A stretch of 64,000 nt of DNA from Narcine bancroftii. Its lineage: Eukaryota. The notes beneath the pieces were generated by a model. That model was given only the letters and a program-made list of their open reading frames with translations, was not told where the DNA came from and did not search any database. The DNA lies in assembly GCF_036971445.1 (NCBI RefSeq), contig NC_091477.1, positions 105,648,001 to 105,712,000 on the forward strand, in the 5' to 3' direction. Below, in pieces: positions 61,195 through 64,000 of this stretch. Position 1 is the first letter of the stretch, and every line of letters starts with the position of its first letter. The translations under genes were made by a program, and so were the position numbers.

Positions 61195-61870
61195 GGAAAG
61201 GTACAGGTGCCGCAAGAATGGGGGCCACCAGATTCAGAAACCCTTCCACCATCAGACTTCTCAACAACAAACTCAGTCAGAGACTCATTTAAGGACTCTT
61301 TTGCATTTTATTGATTTTATTTCTCTCTCTCTCTATTGCACAGTCAGTTTACATTTCTTTATTTGTTTACATGTGTTTGAAACGCTTCTGATTTATTGTC
61401 AGAGAGCATACGTGACTTCACAATGATCACATACAACCCTGAGATTCCTCTTTCTGTGGGTGAAGCAGAATGACCACTACTTTTGGTAGTGCAAAAAAAA
61501 CTGCACATCTAGACTTGCAAACAAATAAATGTAAACAGTGTGCAATACAGAGAGCAGAAAAAAAATCATAAGGTGCAAAAGTAAAAGTCATTTGAGTCCC
61601 TGATTGAGTTTATTGTTGAAGAGTCTGATGGTGGAGGGGTAGTAGCTGTTCCTGAACCTGATGGTCCCAGTCTTGTGGCAGCTAGACCTCAATGGAGCAT
61701 GTGCTGGGTGGTGTGGATGATTGGTGCTGCTCTCGGAAGGCAGTATTCGCTTAAGATGTTCTTGATGGTGGGGAGGGTTTTACCTGTGATGCCCTGGGCT
61801 GTATCCACTACCTTTTGCACGGCTTTACATTCAGGGGTATTAGTATCGCCATACTAGACTGTAATGCACA
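61195..61870. mobile_element. Two Rex-like LINE tails in inverted orientation (+ 61195-61380; - 61390-61870)
   Basis: 'ccttccaccatcagact...actcagtcagagactc' on + and its reverse complement 'gagtccctgattgagttt...gagtctgatggtgga'. Confidence 0.7.
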
Positions 61871-61974
61871 TTTTTCATCACGTAGTGACCTGACTGACGA
61901 AGACAAGAATGTTGTAACCTTAGTTTGCCTTCTCACTGTTCTCAATAACATTAATATTGGTGTCACCTTGCAAA

Positions 61975-62225
61975 GGGGTGACATGGTTGGTGTAGCAGTT
62001 AGCATAATGCCTTTACATCATCAGCGATCAGGACCGGGATTCGAATCCCATGCTGTCTATAAGGAGTTTGTATCCTCTCCCTGTGTCTGCTTGGGTTTTC
62101 CCCAGAGGCTTTGGTTTCCTCCCACCAATTGAAATGTACTAGGGATGTAGGTTAATTGGGTGGTACAGACTCATGGGGCAAAATGGCCTGTTACCGTGCA
62201 GAATGTCTAAATTTAAAATTAAAAT
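61975..62225 (+). mobile_element. tRNA-derived SINE
   Basis: A-box-like TGGTGTAGCAGTTAG, B-box-like GGATTCGAATCCC, AT-rich tail. Confidence 0.8.
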
Positions 62226-62539
62226 TTATAATTTATTATACTTTCTCATTCAAACCATTATTAAACAACAAAGCATTCAGCACTGATCTCTGTGCCACAT
62301 CTCTGGTCACAATGATCAAATCTGGAAAATAACCTGTTGCCTCTTATCAGTTCCACCAAGCCAATTTTGTATCCAATTACCCAGCTCACCCAGGATCCTA
62401 TTTGCTGTAATGTTCAGGGTCAGCCTACCATGCTGGAACTTGCCAAAGTCCATGTTGACAATATCTACTGCCCTGCCCTCATCCAGTCCTCTTGGTCCTT
62501 CTTAAAAAAAACTCTATCAAATTTGTGAGGCATCATTTC

Positions 62540-63275
62540 TTTTTTTTTCATAACATTATTTATTCGTTCAACAAAGTTATTACATACAATAAAAAAAGTA
62601 CATATTATGAATGATAAAAAAATTTATAGAACAAAAGAAAAGAAAAAGAAACCCCCACCCCCTCAGCCAACTCTCTTTAGGAGAGCCAAAAAAGAAAAAA
62701 AAAACTGAAATATATTTACTAAAATCTAATCAAGGTAAATCTAAATGTAAATATTCTAAATATAAAGATCACTTATTAAAAAAAAGAATAATTATCATGT
62801 AAAACACGTGATTTTTTCCATTACCAAACAAGTTTTCATCTCATTATACCATCTATTAATATCAATCACATTAGCATTTTTCCATGTACTTGCTATACAT
62901 TTTTTTGCAACAGATAAAGCTAAATACACAAAAGCAATCCCAAATCTTTCAAAGGATTCAACTCACCCAACAAAAATATTGTCGGATCCAGAGGTATTTT
63001 GATCTTATATAAATGTTCCAAAAACAATTGAATTGTTTTCCAAAAAGATTGTATATGTACATATAACCAGACAGCATGAAAAAAAGTTCCAACCGAATTA
63101 CCACATCTAAAACAAGAATCTGATTCACTAAAACCATATTTTTAAAAACTTTTCAGGTGTTAAATACAATTGATGTAAAAAATTATAATTAACCATTGCA
63201 TAACGAACATTTATCAATCTAGCAACACTATCATGACAGATATCTAACCAATCGACCTCAGAAAAAGTAAAGTTA
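62540..63275 (-). mobile_element. 5'-truncated L1 fragment inserted in a CR1 remnant
   Basis: Poly-T plus TTTATT at the left end; 14-bp TSD tgaggcatcatttc (62526-62539, 63276-63289); L1 C-terminal 'YNFLHQLY...CFRCG' peptide. Confidence 0.88.
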
Positions 63276-63689
63276 TGAGGCATCATTTCCTATGCCAAGC
63301 CATACTGACTATCCCTAATTGGTTCTTGGGTTTCCTAATGCAAACAAATCCTTTCTCACAATTCCTTCTAAAAACTTTCCTACCACTGATCTCTCTGTGC
63401 AATGAAAGCTAAAACATTTCCCTTCCCAGGTGGGCTTTCTTGCAGAATCAGAATCAGAGTAACGAACACAACTTTTCTGCCTAAAGAATTAGAGATAGAT
63501 AGAGAAACACAGAGGCCGCAAATGCTGGAATCTTGAGCAAAGATTTGCTCTTGGAACTTGGCAAATCAGACAGCATACATGGGTAAAAATGGTCAGTCAA
63601 CATTTCAGGTTTGTTAAAAGGGGTCCAAAACCCAAAACATTGATTGATGCTCTCTGACTTGTTGAGTTCCTCCAGCAAGTTGCAACAGG

Positions 63690-64000
63690 TAAACATGGAG
63701 AGCATTCTGATTGGATGCATCACTGCCTGGTATGAAGGTGCCAATGCGCAGGACAGGAAAAGGCTACAGAGGGTTATAAACTCAGCTAGCACCAGCATGG
63801 GCATTAGTCTTCACTTCGTTAAGGACATCTTTAAGAGGCAGTGTCTCAAGAAAGCAGTCTCTGTCATCAAGGACCCTCACCACCAAGGCTGTGCCCTTTC
63901 TCACTGCTCTCATCAGGAACAGGAGATTGAAGACAAACACTCAACAATACAAGAAAAAGCTTCTTCCTCTCTGCTATCAGATTTCTGAATGGGCAAAGAA
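63690..64000 (+). mobile_element. Rex/Babar-like LINE 3' fragment
   Basis: ESILIGCITAWY...QDRKRLQRVINSAS, homologous to 9038-9400. Confidence 0.8.

Noticed and set aside
61975-62060. tRNA gene
   Set aside because: A/B boxes are present but no cloverleaf is evident, and it continues into a SINE body shared with 7903-8142
1-64000. Novel prokaryote-style system (CRISPR array, defence operon, retron)
   Set aside because: The window is spliced vertebrate DNA; there is no repeat-spacer array or operon, and all RT-like ORFs belong to known retrotransposon clades

Overview
This is a vertebrate nuclear genomic window, not a prokaryotic one. The repeat repertoire (CR1, Rex/Babar, Penelope-like, L1, RTE, tRNA-SINE, Gypsy) suggests a cartilaginous fish, which is an inference. 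Two minus-strand protein-coding genes can be read directly. The first is a complete 9-exon FYTTD1/UIF (UAP56-interacting mRNA export factor; CDS 60906->31432, 1047 nt, 348 aa, all GT-AG introns with consistent phases). The second is exon 1 of LRCH3 (16884->16635) in a CpG island, with intron 1 running off the left edge. The FYTTD1->LRCH3 tandem order matches the human arrangement as I recall it. Most remaining sequence is transposable-element debris: two inverted solo LTRs with 4-bp TSDs, several decayed Gypsy elements, a near-full-length L1 with a TSD, three young RTE copies, hAT/TcMar MITEs and SINEs. There is one assembly gap. I found no convincing novel multi-gene system. The best leads are a candidate in-frame 36-nt FYTTD1 cassette exon, an ATG-bearing NRF1-motif tandem repeat at the LRCH3 start, a templated-insertion scar, Penelope-type hammerhead remnants and a young RTE family. 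Homology calls rest on recalled protein motifs, not database searches.
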